Assembly (NCBI GenBank): GCA_964187785.1
Contig: OZ076409.1
Coordinates: 48,548,001 to 48,612,000 of the forward strand
Direction of reading: 5' to 3'
Length of the DNA: 64,000 bases
From: Amphiscolops sp. MND2022
Taxonomy: Eukaryota
Of this stretch, positions 50,438-62,729 are shown piece after piece (the stretch's first letter is position 1; each line of letters opens with the position of its first letter). The notes below the pieces were generated by a model. It was not told the DNA's origin, made no database searches, and was given only the letters and a program-made list of their open reading frames with translations. Position numbers and translations under genes: made by a program.

Positions 50438-53400
50438 CCGGCATTTCTTCATCAACTTCGTCATTGTCATCGTCCTTGTCTTCCATATCTCACTCAGCTC
50501 TTCTAATTTGAACTATTCTCAGATTGCCGTTGCAAATGTCCCGTAGGATCTCGTCTCGCTCTCAGTACTTCCTGTCAAGGCCGCAGAGGCAGTGGCGGTT
50601 TTCGGGGGTGTTCTGGCTGACATCGCGGGCGCCGTTGTTTTCCGGTTCTTTCTGTCGGTCTGAAAAAGTGGAACTGAACTGAACGTTCGGGGAATTGTTG
50701 CCCGTGTCTGTTTCTAGTGTTTTCGGTTCCGCTGATTGCGCTTTGTACTTTTGTTTGGAGTCTATCTTCTACAAATTTTTGATTATGATTCTTTTCAACA
50801 AAGTTGGAGTGATATCTTACCGGAACTTTTTTTTGGTGATTTCATTTTCGAGGCTAGCTGTTTCTCTTCGGCTTTAGTTCTTGCCATAATCACATGGTTC
50901 AATGTTTCTCCGTCTGCATCTCGACCGACATAGATCGGTATCTTCGGTCTACTTGGTGCTGAAACATATAATTCTGATCAGTCTGATAGGTATGATTATC
51001 CATCTTTTACACTATTTGTGAAATCGGTTCTCATTTTCTCCCGTGGTGTATTTAAAATGGTGTTTTATTTTGTGCGGTTTGTACTTTTCTGTTTTCTAGA
51101 TTAGTGGTAATTAAATTTTTCATTGTTTTGCTCGTTTGACTGCTCCGTTCTCGGTATCCATTCGGGGTGGGCAATATTCGATTTCAAATTTTCGGTTTTC
51201 ACAAAAATTTTTATATGCATTTGATATGGATGCTCTCCTCTGACATTATTTTTTTGGTACTCCGTATAAATGAAGTTAGTTGTTAAGATTTGGAGGTTTT
51301 GCAAATTTTCGCCGTCGGCCATCTGCTGAAACGATTTATGCCGATCAATATTTGTATCTCTCCATTCAGATTCTTGTTATGCAATTTTCCAGTAAAATCT
51401 AATAGTCGTTCTTGTCACGGTTCAATTGATGTTTCTAGTTTACCATATTTGTAAAGGAATTAGGTATTTAAGGTGCTTAACTGTTGCAAGGCAGGCTGTA
51501 CAATCCTTACCTTCATGCTCAATGTTTTCCGGAGTTCCAGCCTACAGAAGATTTTTGCTTCGGCTATCATCTTTGCAACTCCTGATTGACCGAATGGTAA
51601 TACGTCCAGTATTCGCCTTCGTGAGTCGTACGAGATTGCTTTTTGGTTGTCTACGAAGATTAGACCCCAGCGAAATGACAGTTCCTTGAAGACCGGTTTC
51701 TATCCTTCCGGTGCTGTATCTCTGTCTTCCCGTCTCATGCTTGACAAGACTCTCGTTCTCTTGGCATCGGTTGCCGTCTTCGATATAAGTGTCTTCAGGT
51801 CCAGCATAAAATCAAATCGTGCTCTTTTGATCCTCTTCCGTAGTTTAGTTGTTCGCCGTAAGCTTGATTACAATCTGATTGATTCGTATATAATGGGCTT
51901 CATTCCCCTCTGTGTGATACTTGCTCAATTCCACTACCGGTAGGTTATCTCCTCTCATAACAACGCTCTCTTCTTTGGTATCTACAGGACTTTGCTCGTT
52001 AACGATTTCTCCATCGTCCGGAATTTCGGGTTTTTCTTCCTCTTCTTCGGGCGCTGCCTTCAGTGGTTGGTATCCACCCCTAAACGGTTAGCTCTTTGTA
52101 AAAACTGCTCGTCAATTTCCGCAGTTTCTTCTCAGCTGCATTTGCTTGGTCTCGATGGTGCGAATACCGTCCGCTGTGATTTGGGATCATATCTCCGCAT
52201 TACTCCCGGTCACGCTAGTGTCTTTCTTCTCTCCACCAGTCATCTAATTTCGGGGCTCTTTTTTCTTCGGCGAATAATCTCCATAGTTTCCCTGGTGGCG
52301 CGGCAATGATAAACGTTTTCACGGTTCGTTTTTGAATTTGAATTTTCTTTAGCTTTGAAAGATGACTCCACGGTGCTAATATCAGACTGCCAGGATGTAG
52401 TTGTCTCGTTTTTTTTTCTGGATTTTGTTCACATAGTATTCATTCTGGAATGTTCCATTTGTTTGTGATTGGTTGGTTTCTTTCTCCTTCTTTTCTCTTT
52501 TGTCATCCGTTTGTCTTCGGTTTTCTGTTTTTCGTGTTGTGATTGGTTGGCAAACATCGAGCCATATTTCGCGTTCAATTGTGCGTCTTCGGTTAAAACG
52601 GTAATTACTTATTCTTCGTCGTATTTGTTTTCTGATGTCGGTCCGCCTACCAATTTTCTGCTCAAGAAACTGATAATATTTGAGTACTGCCGGCCACATG
52701 TTGAACAGCGATATGAAAATATGCTGAAGGATCTAACCATCTGGTAACACTTGCGCTGTGTTCATGCTTGTTACGAATCCGTTTTATTAGCGGTTCTAAT
52801 GCTTGGTGATCTGTATAAGTGTACTTTCGTTCCCTAAAGGTATAATCCATTTTTTTCTAATACCTAAATTACCGCCAGTCTTTCTAGTTGGCCGATCGAA
52901 TAGTTATTTTCGATATTGTTTTAGTATTTGCTACCGAATGCGATCGGTTCAATTTCCCCGCTATCTTGTTTCTGCCACAGTGTAATTCCAGGTAGTGTTT
53001 TTCTAGCGTCTGTTGTAACAATATTAAAGTTTTTTAAATCTTCTGCATAATGTGCCTAGCATGGTGTTTTGGTTAAAATCCGTTTATTTTGGTTAAAATC
53101 ATTTTGTTGCTCGTCTCCCCTCTCTCATGGTTCATTCTTTTCCAGCAGTTTCTGAGTCTGTCTGTCTTTTCCGGTAACTTCGGTAAGAGTTTTGCTAGGT
53201 ATTGAGTTGCGCCGAGAAAGGATTTTAAGGTGGTTTTAATTTCAGTATCATTCATCTTGTTTTTCATTCAGTTTAATTCCGCTTTCGTCAATTTCATGAC
53301 CCAGCCACATTGTTTGTTCCAGGAACAAATTGGATTTTCTTTCACTTTCCCGGTATTTTTTACTCGTATTTCCCCGCGGAATCTTACTTTGTTCTTATTC

Positions 53401-55138
53401 ACATTTTGTTAGCGGTTTGCTATTTTCTGAATGACGGTATTCTCCATCATTTGTTCGTCTGGTGGCAATACTGTTTTTGGTGATCCGGTGTCTTTTACAA
53501 ATTGTTTCTTTATCCCGCTTAATGGTACCATGGCTGTGTATGGTTTTTGTCTGTTTTTGATTCCCTTTATGTCTTTTAAATGGTTTATACTCTCGTCTGA
53601 TTCGCTCATTGATTCGTTCGAATCGTTCAGTTTTCCGTCTTCGGTATGTTTTTTTACTGTTTAATTGTTGTTCATTCTTCGTCTGAATGCTCTTGCGTAA
53701 AGGCCTTTCTTTCCGCATATGTTATAATTTGTCCCCAGTGCAGGGTATTTGTGTATTGAGCTTCAGTTTGGTGCATTGCAAAATCTATATAGTCAGTTTC
53801 CGGTGTTTCCGTTAATTCCGGTTTTTTCATGTTCTTCGTTCTCGTTCCGAATCTCTCCATTTTTTGTTATAGTTCTTCTTTCAATTTTTGTCGTTTTTTC
53901 GTCATAATTAAGGTCTCCGGTATTGTGGTTTTTTGTTTTTCTTTTCCTATGTTGTGTTCTGTTTAATTAATTCGATTATTTTCTTCAGTTTCAGGGTTTT
54001 TTCTTTCATTATTTTGTCTCGTAGTTTTTTGTCGGTGATTGCTGCCATAAACTTTGATATCAGTAACTAATAGGCTGAAATTGTTGTCAAGTTGCATTGT
54101 TTTTCGATCTCAATTTACTGTCTCCAAAACTTTTCCAGTGTTTCATCTTCGGTCTGTTTGCCCAAAATAGGTCTCTCGGTTATGGTAAGTGTTTTGTTTC
54201 GGGAAGTAGTACTCAGTGAATAACCGTATTAAATCTTTCATTTTTAAATTATTGGGTTCCGTTTTATATTCGGCTCTGATTATTTGATAGAGTGTTTCAG
54301 GTCACACTCCCCAGATATAATCTTCCTGTATGGGTTGCTCTTTTCTGGTTCAACCAGTACCCGTAACATTTTCCTCTTCAGCAATGAAGCGATATGAATC
54401 TTGTGTTCTTCTTTGCAGAGCTGCCGGAATGTTTCCAGCCACTATCTCGGTGTAAATACCGGATTTCCGTCCGTTGCTTTTGAGTCTAGGCTCGGTACTA
54501 TTTGTCTTTCTGCCATTGTTGAGTTTGTTTTAATGTTTGTTGTGTTTTTCTTTGAAATTTTGCTAGCTGATTGCGCCAAGTTGTATTCTCACAAATGTTT
54601 TCTAGATCTTTGAGTTTAACTTTGTAACTAAAATGTAATACCATCGAACTCAGAATGTTATAACAGTTCGATATCTTTAGTTTTTGTTCGCAAATATAGA
54701 CAGGTAGTCTACGACCGAAATACTGTAGAGGTCATATTGATCTGGGGAACTTTTTCTTGAGTTATCGTGTTAAAATACTTGAGATGCTCGAGTTATCCTG
54801 GCAAGACATGGGTCCGATAAAGTGACAGTACGGCCGATCTAAACCACAGTATGTCGGAGCCCCAGCGCTGCGATGGAGCCGTAGTGCAACCCTGAACAAA
54901 CAGAAAAGCAGCCAAACCCAACTAAACTTGAAGACATGTTTTATTTTTTGAAGTCATGTAGATGTTAAATATTTTCCCATTCAAAAACATTTTGATTTGA
55001 TGTTAATGTTAAATTAGTCTTTTTGTCATGAATATTCAAAACCTTAAGTTGAGTCATCCTTATATGACGTAACTTCGGGGCTATAGTGCATTTGCTATTT
55101 CATTCATGCAGTAATGATCTTTTTCACTCAATTTGACA

Positions 55139-55303
55139 ATGCGGCATTATACAGTTTGTAGGGTGCCGCATGTACGGCATCATACTGATTTGCACAATGT
55201 TGATATGCGGCATTATACGTTTTTAAGAGTAACGCATATGCGTTATTATACGTTTTCCAAGGTGATGCACACACGGTATTATACATTTTCAGCAGGATTA
55301 ATC
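55139..55303. repeat. 33-bp minisatellite, 5 diverged units, probably in the 5' LTR of element 5
   Basis: ATGCGGCATTATAC-like cores at 55139, 55172, 55205, 55238 and 55271. Confidence 0.8.
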
Positions 55304-56259
55304 ACACTGTATAGACAATGCATACACGGTGCTGTATATCATTTGGAATACCTTTTACGTCGCGTTATAACTACTTTCCAGGGTCCAATAGGACAATTAA
55401 GTTCGTTTTAAATGTCGTGTTCTGATGATTGCAGGATATAAATAGAATGACGTCCTTTTGACGTAATGTTATTTTTGTATTTTTCCTACCGTGATTTTCA
55501 TAAAAAGTAGTGTCATTCTTTCATTTTCGAAACCAGGAGTGCAATAAGAGAATTCGGAAGAAGTGGTTTCTACCTTCACAGAGTACAGTTGCTTCTTAAT
55601 TGTACCTCTTTTGCCCAATTTGTAAACTTTTCATCCACAACTTTGATCATCAACCGTTTGATTATTTCACCAATTCACTGAAGAAATTCAACTGATTTCT
55701 CTTTTGCAAACTGATGTTTTCAATCGAGTAAAGATGGGAAATAAGAGAAACAGACGTTCTAGAAGATTAGAGACACCGTCCCCTGAGAGAGAAGTCAATA
55801 ATACCCAGTTAGAAACACCCAACACAGGTAATGAAACTTTAACTAATTTAAATGAGAATGTACAAGGAAATCTAGGTGATAACGTCCCAGAAAATCAACT
55901 AGCTGAACCCAGTCAAACTAGCAACGAAATACAAGTTTGGACGCAGATTTTAGAGCAAAAAAGCAATGACAGAATTACCAAAATGAGGGAAGAGATGGAC
56001 AATAAATTAGAGTCCATCTTAAAGGAAATTAGATCCAATAAAAGCATGTCAACAACAACGAATCCCAGGTCAGAAGCAGCTGAAGTCCATAATTCACAAC
56101 CTTCGGGATCCAAGTCTATAGGAGTTCACGCATCTAACTTTGAAAATACTGACTCAGAAAACGAGGACTATCCTCTTAAAGCCTCAGGTTCTAAGGATTT
56201 GAAACATCCTGCAAGACCTTTGTACCGAAATGAGATAGACCTAGACTCTAGGAGACTCT

Positions 56260-56732
56260 AAGAGAGAAGGTTGCGAGTTTTTGTTTGCCAGTTTTTCTAT
56301 TGCTAGTGCAATTTGGTTAACTGGGTCGAGTGACTTTGCTGTCGGATTTGTCGTGTTGTGGTCTGCGTGGGATCCTGTGGTTTCATTTAAAGACTGAGGG
56401 TTTTGTGAGCTCTGTCTATGGAGTTGTCGGTTGGCTCCTGTCACCATGTGATAATCCTCTTCCTCAGAGTCCTCATTTGAGATCATTGTTTCGTCGGACG
56501 AAACATTGATCTCAAATGAGGACTCTGAGGAAGAGGATTATCACATGGTGACAGGAGCCAACCGACAACTCCATAGACAGAGCTCACAAAACCCTCAGTC
56601 TTTAAATGACACCACAGGATCCCACGCAGACCACAACACGACAAATCCGACAGCAAAGTCACTCGACCCAGTTAACCAACTTGCACTAGCAATAGAAAAA
56701 CTGGCAAACAAAAACTCGCAACCTTCTCTCTT
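56260..56732. repeat. 473-bp palindrome (236-bp arms, 1-nt spacer)
   Basis: 56260-56495 is the reverse complement of 56497-56732, with about 3 mismatches. Confidence 0.95.
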
Positions 56733-57656
56733 TCATCCGAAAAACACACTAACATTCAATGGGAAAAATGAAAAAAACGAGAAATTTGAGTATTTCGAAG
56801 ACTTATTCCATACAACTCTTCGAATGCAGCCGAACCTAACAGAAGACATGAAAATAAACCATTTCCATGCCCATCTCAGAGGTTTAGCACTCAGAACATT
56901 TAAAAACATCCAACGTACCCCAACTACAACTTTGGAAGATATCCTAAAAGTCTTCCGCCGGAAATACGTAAAACCAGAATCTAGTGCATCCGCGAAACAC
57001 AGATTCAACAAACTGTCATTTGAACCCGAAAATCAGAAACTTCCAGATTTCCTTGAGGAACTCCAAGAAAGTGCAGAAAAGGCTTTTGGTGATAAAGCGC
57101 ACCAAATGATAGAAAACCTACTCTATGCAAAGATGCCCCCTCATCTGAAAAAATCAATTAATCAGGCATACTTAGTGAACGGATCATACGACCAAATCGT
57201 TAAACATCTTGAAAGGGAGATGGAACTTAACGGTCTCGAAGCTGACGAACCTCTTGTCAAAACTCAAATGACTGTTACTAAAAAAGACCAAAAAACCGAA
57301 AAATCCAACAAAAAACAAACTGAAAAACCCAAAACACAGACTCCAAAAACAGTGCCAGATAAAACCCTCAAAAATGACCAATGCCGTTACTGCAAAGAGA
57401 CAGGTCACATGATGGCTGATTGCCCCAAACTGGCAAAACGACGAAAGCTTGAAGAAGACCCAGAGGCTGAAAAATGCCAGAACTGTAACACACCTGGGCA
57501 TCAAGAAGAAAACTGCTACTTTGGTGCTAACATGGAAAACCGCCCACCCAAGTGGACCCTAACGGAAGCCCAAAAGAAAGTCATTGAGACATACAAACAA
57601 GCACGAAAACCGATAAAACCCAAAGTAGAACGACAACAACAATCCTCTTCAAAGGA

Positions 57657-57663
57657 TTTAAAC
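57657..57663 (+). promoter_or_regulatory. -1 ribosomal frameshift slippery site T TTA AAC
   Basis: X XXY YYZ heptamer in the gag frame directly before the gag TAG; the pol frame is -1 and open across it. Confidence 0.85.
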
Positions 57664-60600
57664 TAGAAACGCCACGCCCTAAAAACCAGCACTTACAGTT
57701 GAACGACACGAGCCCGCAAGACGACTGGCAGCGTCATGTGGACACAATAAGCATTCAACTCAAACAACTTACAACCGAAACAGACACAAAACCTCAAGAC
57801 CTAACAGACTCCGACGACAATGAACCTCCCCAAGAGTCCTATTATCAACTCTTACGGGATGCACCTGACAACTACCTTTCAGACAATACACGAACGACTG
57901 AGTCGCAGACAAACAACACACCAGAAAATCACCACACAACAACCCTTCCTTGCAATGAACAAAAACAACCCCTCTTAGATGAAGACATCTCTAACCATAT
58001 ACAGTTTGACCATGAACGAAATCTGTCATACCTACCGATTTCAACTTCTCTGACTTTGAAGCGAAAACGACACATGTACTATATGCCGATGGACTTCGAA
58101 AAACTCACTCTTGATGGACTCATCGATACAGGAGCCCTGACAAGTGCAATTTCTGAACAGGACCTAAACAAAATCAAATTACTTGCCAACGAGGCAATAA
58201 AAGAGACTGGCCCACCGCCAAATTTCCAAATTATGGTGGCCAATGGTCAATTAGAAGTACCAATCGGCACAGTACTACTTGAATTCGAGGTCGCTGACTT
58301 CATGTTACGAGAAAATTTCATCATAATGAAAAACCTTCCAAACCCATTAATCGGACTATGCTTCCTCAGAAGAAATAACGCAATTTTTGATGTCACTCAA
58401 GGCATCTTAACCTTCCCATATCTCTCAATGCAATTAAAACCAGACTCACAAGTTGCTATACGACAAGCAACGCCTCTATTTGCCGAAAACACATACACTT
58501 TACAACCAGGAGAAACCCTCGCAATAGCAAGCAGAATGCCACACCTGTTAGACCACGATGCAACAGGAATAGTTACACCTTCACCACAATTTGAAAATCA
58601 CGATAGCATATTTATCACATCGTCACTCAGTACGGTTAATAACAACGCTATCGGGTACCAAATCATTAATTTCTCTGAACTCCCACACACAATAACCTGT
58701 GATACCCATTTAGCGGATTTCAAAATCCTCACTCCAGAACAGATAAAACATATACAACCAGTAGATCCTGCGATGTTATCCTTCATGATACAACACGAAG
58801 AAACAACTGAGATCTACATTAATGAACTCCTGAAAGTCCCTCCGCAAAACCCAGACCAAGAATCATATTGGTTTCCCACACCAGAAGACCCCGGGGATCC
58901 AACAACATACACACCAATCCAACAACGAATATATAACGAACTCCTTGAACTGAAGGAACTCGGAAAACTCAACCCACAAGAGAATGAAACATCCAGAAAA
59001 TCATTTCTTTCAAACTTTGACTGGTCTGACACAACACTCAGCCCAGAAGAACGACAACAAGTCGAAGAAATTCTCATTGATTTTCACGACATTTTTGCAA
59101 GACATCGCTTTGACATCGGAACAAATCGCAAATTCAAAGTAAAACTTACACCCAATGACGACAGACCAGCTTATAGCCAAAGTCTACCAACCCCAATCAA
59201 CCTGAAAGACGACATCACAGTAGAACTAGCACTTCTACATAAATATGGAATCATAACAACACTACCGTTTTCGAAATACGCAAGTCCCATCTTCGCACAA
59301 CGAAAACCAAATGGCCGACTCCGCCTTCTGGTGGACCTTCGAAAATCAATAACTTAATCACAGAAGACTACATCAACAACAACCACCCGGTGAGCACCTT
59401 ATCGGATGCAGCACAACACATGGCTGGAAAGAAACTTTTCTGCAAACTCGACTGCTCCCAGGCTTACCACTGCCTTCAAATGGCAGACTATCAATCCATT
59501 CAGATGCTTGCTTTCAATTTTGCAAGCCGAACTTTTGCTTACCGCAGACTTGCGCAAGGACTGAGCAGATCGCTCTCGGCATTTTCAAGCTTCATGAGAG
59601 AATACCTCGATAGAGCCATTAAAGCCGATCAATGCGCACAATATGTAGATGACATCGGAGGAATTGCAGCAAATGATGCAAAACAATTATGTGCGAACAT
59701 CAGAACTGTGTTCGAGTGTATCCGAAACGCTGGATTGAAACTCACCATGTCCAAGTGCCATTTCGGAGTCAAACAAGTCGACTTTCTGGGCCGTACAATT
59801 ACACCAACAGGAGTTGCTCCTCAAGCCGACAAAGTCAAGGACTTCTTGTCAAAACTCAGATTCCCCAAATCCAAAAAAGCACTTCAGCGCTACATTGGAT
59901 TCCTAAACTATTATCGGAACTACATTCCACGCCTCTCTGAAAGACTATCCCCGTTTTTCCAGCTTCTCAAAGAAACGACCAAATTCTACGTACCAACGAA
60001 TCTAGTAGAAGAATTCACCAACCTAAATAAACTTCTTGAAAATTCATGTCAGTTAGCTTTGAGACAACCCCTCAAGGACAAACAACTCATAGTCATGTCC
60101 GATGCAAGCTTCACAGCTGCAGGATATGCTATAATGATAGAAGATGATCGAAGCCAAAAACTTCAGTCTAAACGCAAAACCTACGCACCCATAGCATTTG
60201 GGTCCAAAACTTTTAACCCAACACAAACCAAAATGTCTATATATGCAAAGGAATTCCTCTCCATATAATTTGCGTTTGTTGAGTTTGGTCACCTCATGTG
60301 GGGAAGCACTTTCCCAGTCATCGTGTTCACTGATAATAGATCAGTAACACGCTTTTTCCAAGCAAAACTCATTCCCCCAGCACTCTGGAACGCATGCGAT
60401 TATGTTTTACAATACAACTTTGTAATCGCCCACGTTGCCGGTTCGATGAATACTGCAGCTGATTTTCTGTCAAGGACAGAAGTAAACCCGATCGAGAAAC
60501 TCGAAATGAGTATACGGAACGATATCCAGACGAAAGCAATAGAAGTCAACATACAATCATCTGGAATAGTAGAAGAAGAACAAATCTACATTCTCCCCGA

Positions 60601-62554
60601 TGATGAATTAGACGAAAACAAATTATGGGAAGAAAAACAAAACGTACGAAATCAAGCCCTAAACGAAACCCACAACGATCCAGAAAACAATGTAACTGAA
60701 CTTCAACAATTCCATAAACCCACATCTGGGTTGAACCTGGCTTCAGAAGGACACTTCCGAGACAACGCCAGAATTCGCCTTGAACAAAACAATGACATCG
60801 TTCTCAGAAACCTCAGAGCCAAACTAGAAGGGAACCCCTTCAATGAAAACGATTTGGCCTCTGATTACCGATACCAACACTACCTCCAAAATATCACAAG
60901 AATCGAAATTAAACAAGAGGTTCTGACACGTAAATACTATACAGACACAGGAACCACTTCGCACTACCAAATCCTACTACCAGCTCAACTTCTTGAAGAA
61001 TTCCTTCAAGCCATGCATGGCCATAACTCAAACCATCCCGGCATCACGAAGATGATACAAGAAGCCAGACAAAAGTATTACTACCCATGTAGAGCCAAAT
61101 ACATCAAAAAGTGGGTGACTAATTGTCAAACTTGCATTCAAACAAAGAGAATCAACAATGACCTCCTCAGGACAGAGTTGCTCAATTGCCCTGAATGGGA
61201 TCTCGGCCCTGAAGATATACTTCAGATGGATATCTTACCCAATCGCCCGCCCAGTGGCGGATACGACCATATAATAACAGCTATAGACGTTTTTTCCCGA
61301 TACCTGTTTGCATATCCAGTTACTCGCATTACCGCTACAGCAGTGGCCCGTGTCATTATGGACATACTATGCAAACATACATACCTTCCAACAACAATAA
61401 TCACCGACCTCGGAACACAATTCAATGCTCAAATAACCCATGAAGTCGCAGCAGTTCTCGGAATTGAGCTTAAACACGCAACGATGAAGCACGCTCAAAC
61501 AATAGGACTCCTAGAAAGAACTCATGCATCAGTAAAAACACACCTTAAAGCTGCAACGGGAGAATTCCGAAACAACTGGCACAAGTTTCTCCCGCTAGCA
61601 ATCCTGAATCACAACACAACCTATCATGCATCACTTGGTTGCGAACCCTCACGAGTTTTCCATGGGCGCATACCACATAACATACTTGATTATAAACTTG
61701 GTTACAATCCCAACCCCAAATATCTACCACAAACTGACGTAGCAGACGAAGTACAAAGAAGAATGAAAATACTTCTTGACCAAACCAAAAAGAACATAAT
61801 GCAACCCTATCTTAAATACAAGGCATATTACGATAGAAAAGCAAAAGCATCTCCACTGGAAACAACCGACTACTGCTACATCTTAAACCCGAAAGCAGAT
61901 ACACAAGCATCAAAGATACCATTCCGGGAGTTCCGATGGCAAGGTCCCTATAAAGTTGAAAAAGTTCTTCCCAACAATAACTATATAGTTAGAAGGCTAG
62001 GAACCAACAATACCCAACTGTTACATCGAATCCGTTTGCGAAAATTTACCCCGCAAGCTCCTCTAGCTGACATCTTTGTCAGAGAAACTGATTGGCAAAA
62101 GGATGATCAAATTTCTGTGGCGCATGATGATCTTTACGCCCAATCATGGAATACAAACTTTGGCCCCAACCCATTCGAAGAAAATCCACCCGATGTTACA
62201 CTTAACGATGACCATGTTGAATATGTACCTTGTCAAGTACCCGAAATTAACCACCCTCCCTCCCGCGAAATTTCAAAAACGAGTGGGGGGAGCCCAGTGG
62301 AACAGACCACTGATCTAGAAGAAGAAATTAATAATGAAATTTCCCAAGAAACTCATAGTGACGAGATAAATACTCCCCAAAGCACCCAAAAAGACAAAGA
62401 TACTACACCAGAAGAAAGAACCCCAAAAACCCCAAAAACCCCAGAAAACCCACAAAATACTCCATTGCAAGAAAAACCCATTAACACCCTTGGTGAAAGA
62501 TACAACCTGCGACCTAACCCTAACCCAAATTACTCTGACTCTTACAGATACTAA
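57663..62554 (+). pseudogene. pol: pol of element 5 (PR-RT-RH-IN) with one frameshift and one stop
   Basis: IDTGA; LDCSQAY, AQGL, YVDD; SDAS...TDN...ADFLSR; HGH...H...CQTC, MDI, TDLG, LER; WQGPY; frameshift at about 59345, stop at 60266-60268. Confidence 0.96.
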
Positions 62555-62729
62555 AAAACAAACTTCAAGACAAAATCATCTCTTCTGTCCTGGCTCATTA
62601 CAGGGCCCTTTTTATCTTATTGACCCATACAGGGTTAAATATGGCATACTAAAAACAGAAAGAAATCCAAAACAAAATATGAATACAATGAAAATAACTC
62701 GGAGACAATGAAATAAATGTCTCAAAAGT

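Larger units (their letters stand above)
45554..54742 (-). mobile_element. Old Mag-like LTR retrotransposon (element 4) hosting an H2 repeat and a LINE
   Basis: Diverged LTRs at 45554-~45740 and 54579-54742; TGGGG on both flanks (45549-45553, 54743-54747); PBS rc at 54566-54578; fragments DTGSP, LKSFLGATQYLAK, TDHQALEPLIKR, RRSDR; most of the RT core is deleted. Confidence 0.88.
55734..57666 (+). pseudogene. gag: gag of element 5, interrupted by a 253-bp insertion
   Basis: Capsid-like FNGKNEK...FEDLF...HLRGLAL; two CCHC knuckles (CRYCKETGHMMADC, CQNCNTPGHQEENC); removing 56247-56499 rejoins ORFs 55704 and 56506 in frame (about 559 aa). Confidence 0.92.

Noticed and set aside
50438..50486. 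MEDKDDD... as the true start of the LINE ORF
   Set aside because: It lies in the TSD and flanking host sequence (element 4); the in-frame fusion is a consequence of the insertion.
55139..55303. CRISPR-like array (also considered at 42545-42690 and 41808-41906)
   Set aside because: The repeats are short and degenerate, the units align as a minisatellite, there are no cas genes and the context is eukaryotic.
59650..59665. YVDDIGGI as a novel RT motif
   Set aside because: Most simply a private 3-bp GGA duplication in a defective copy.
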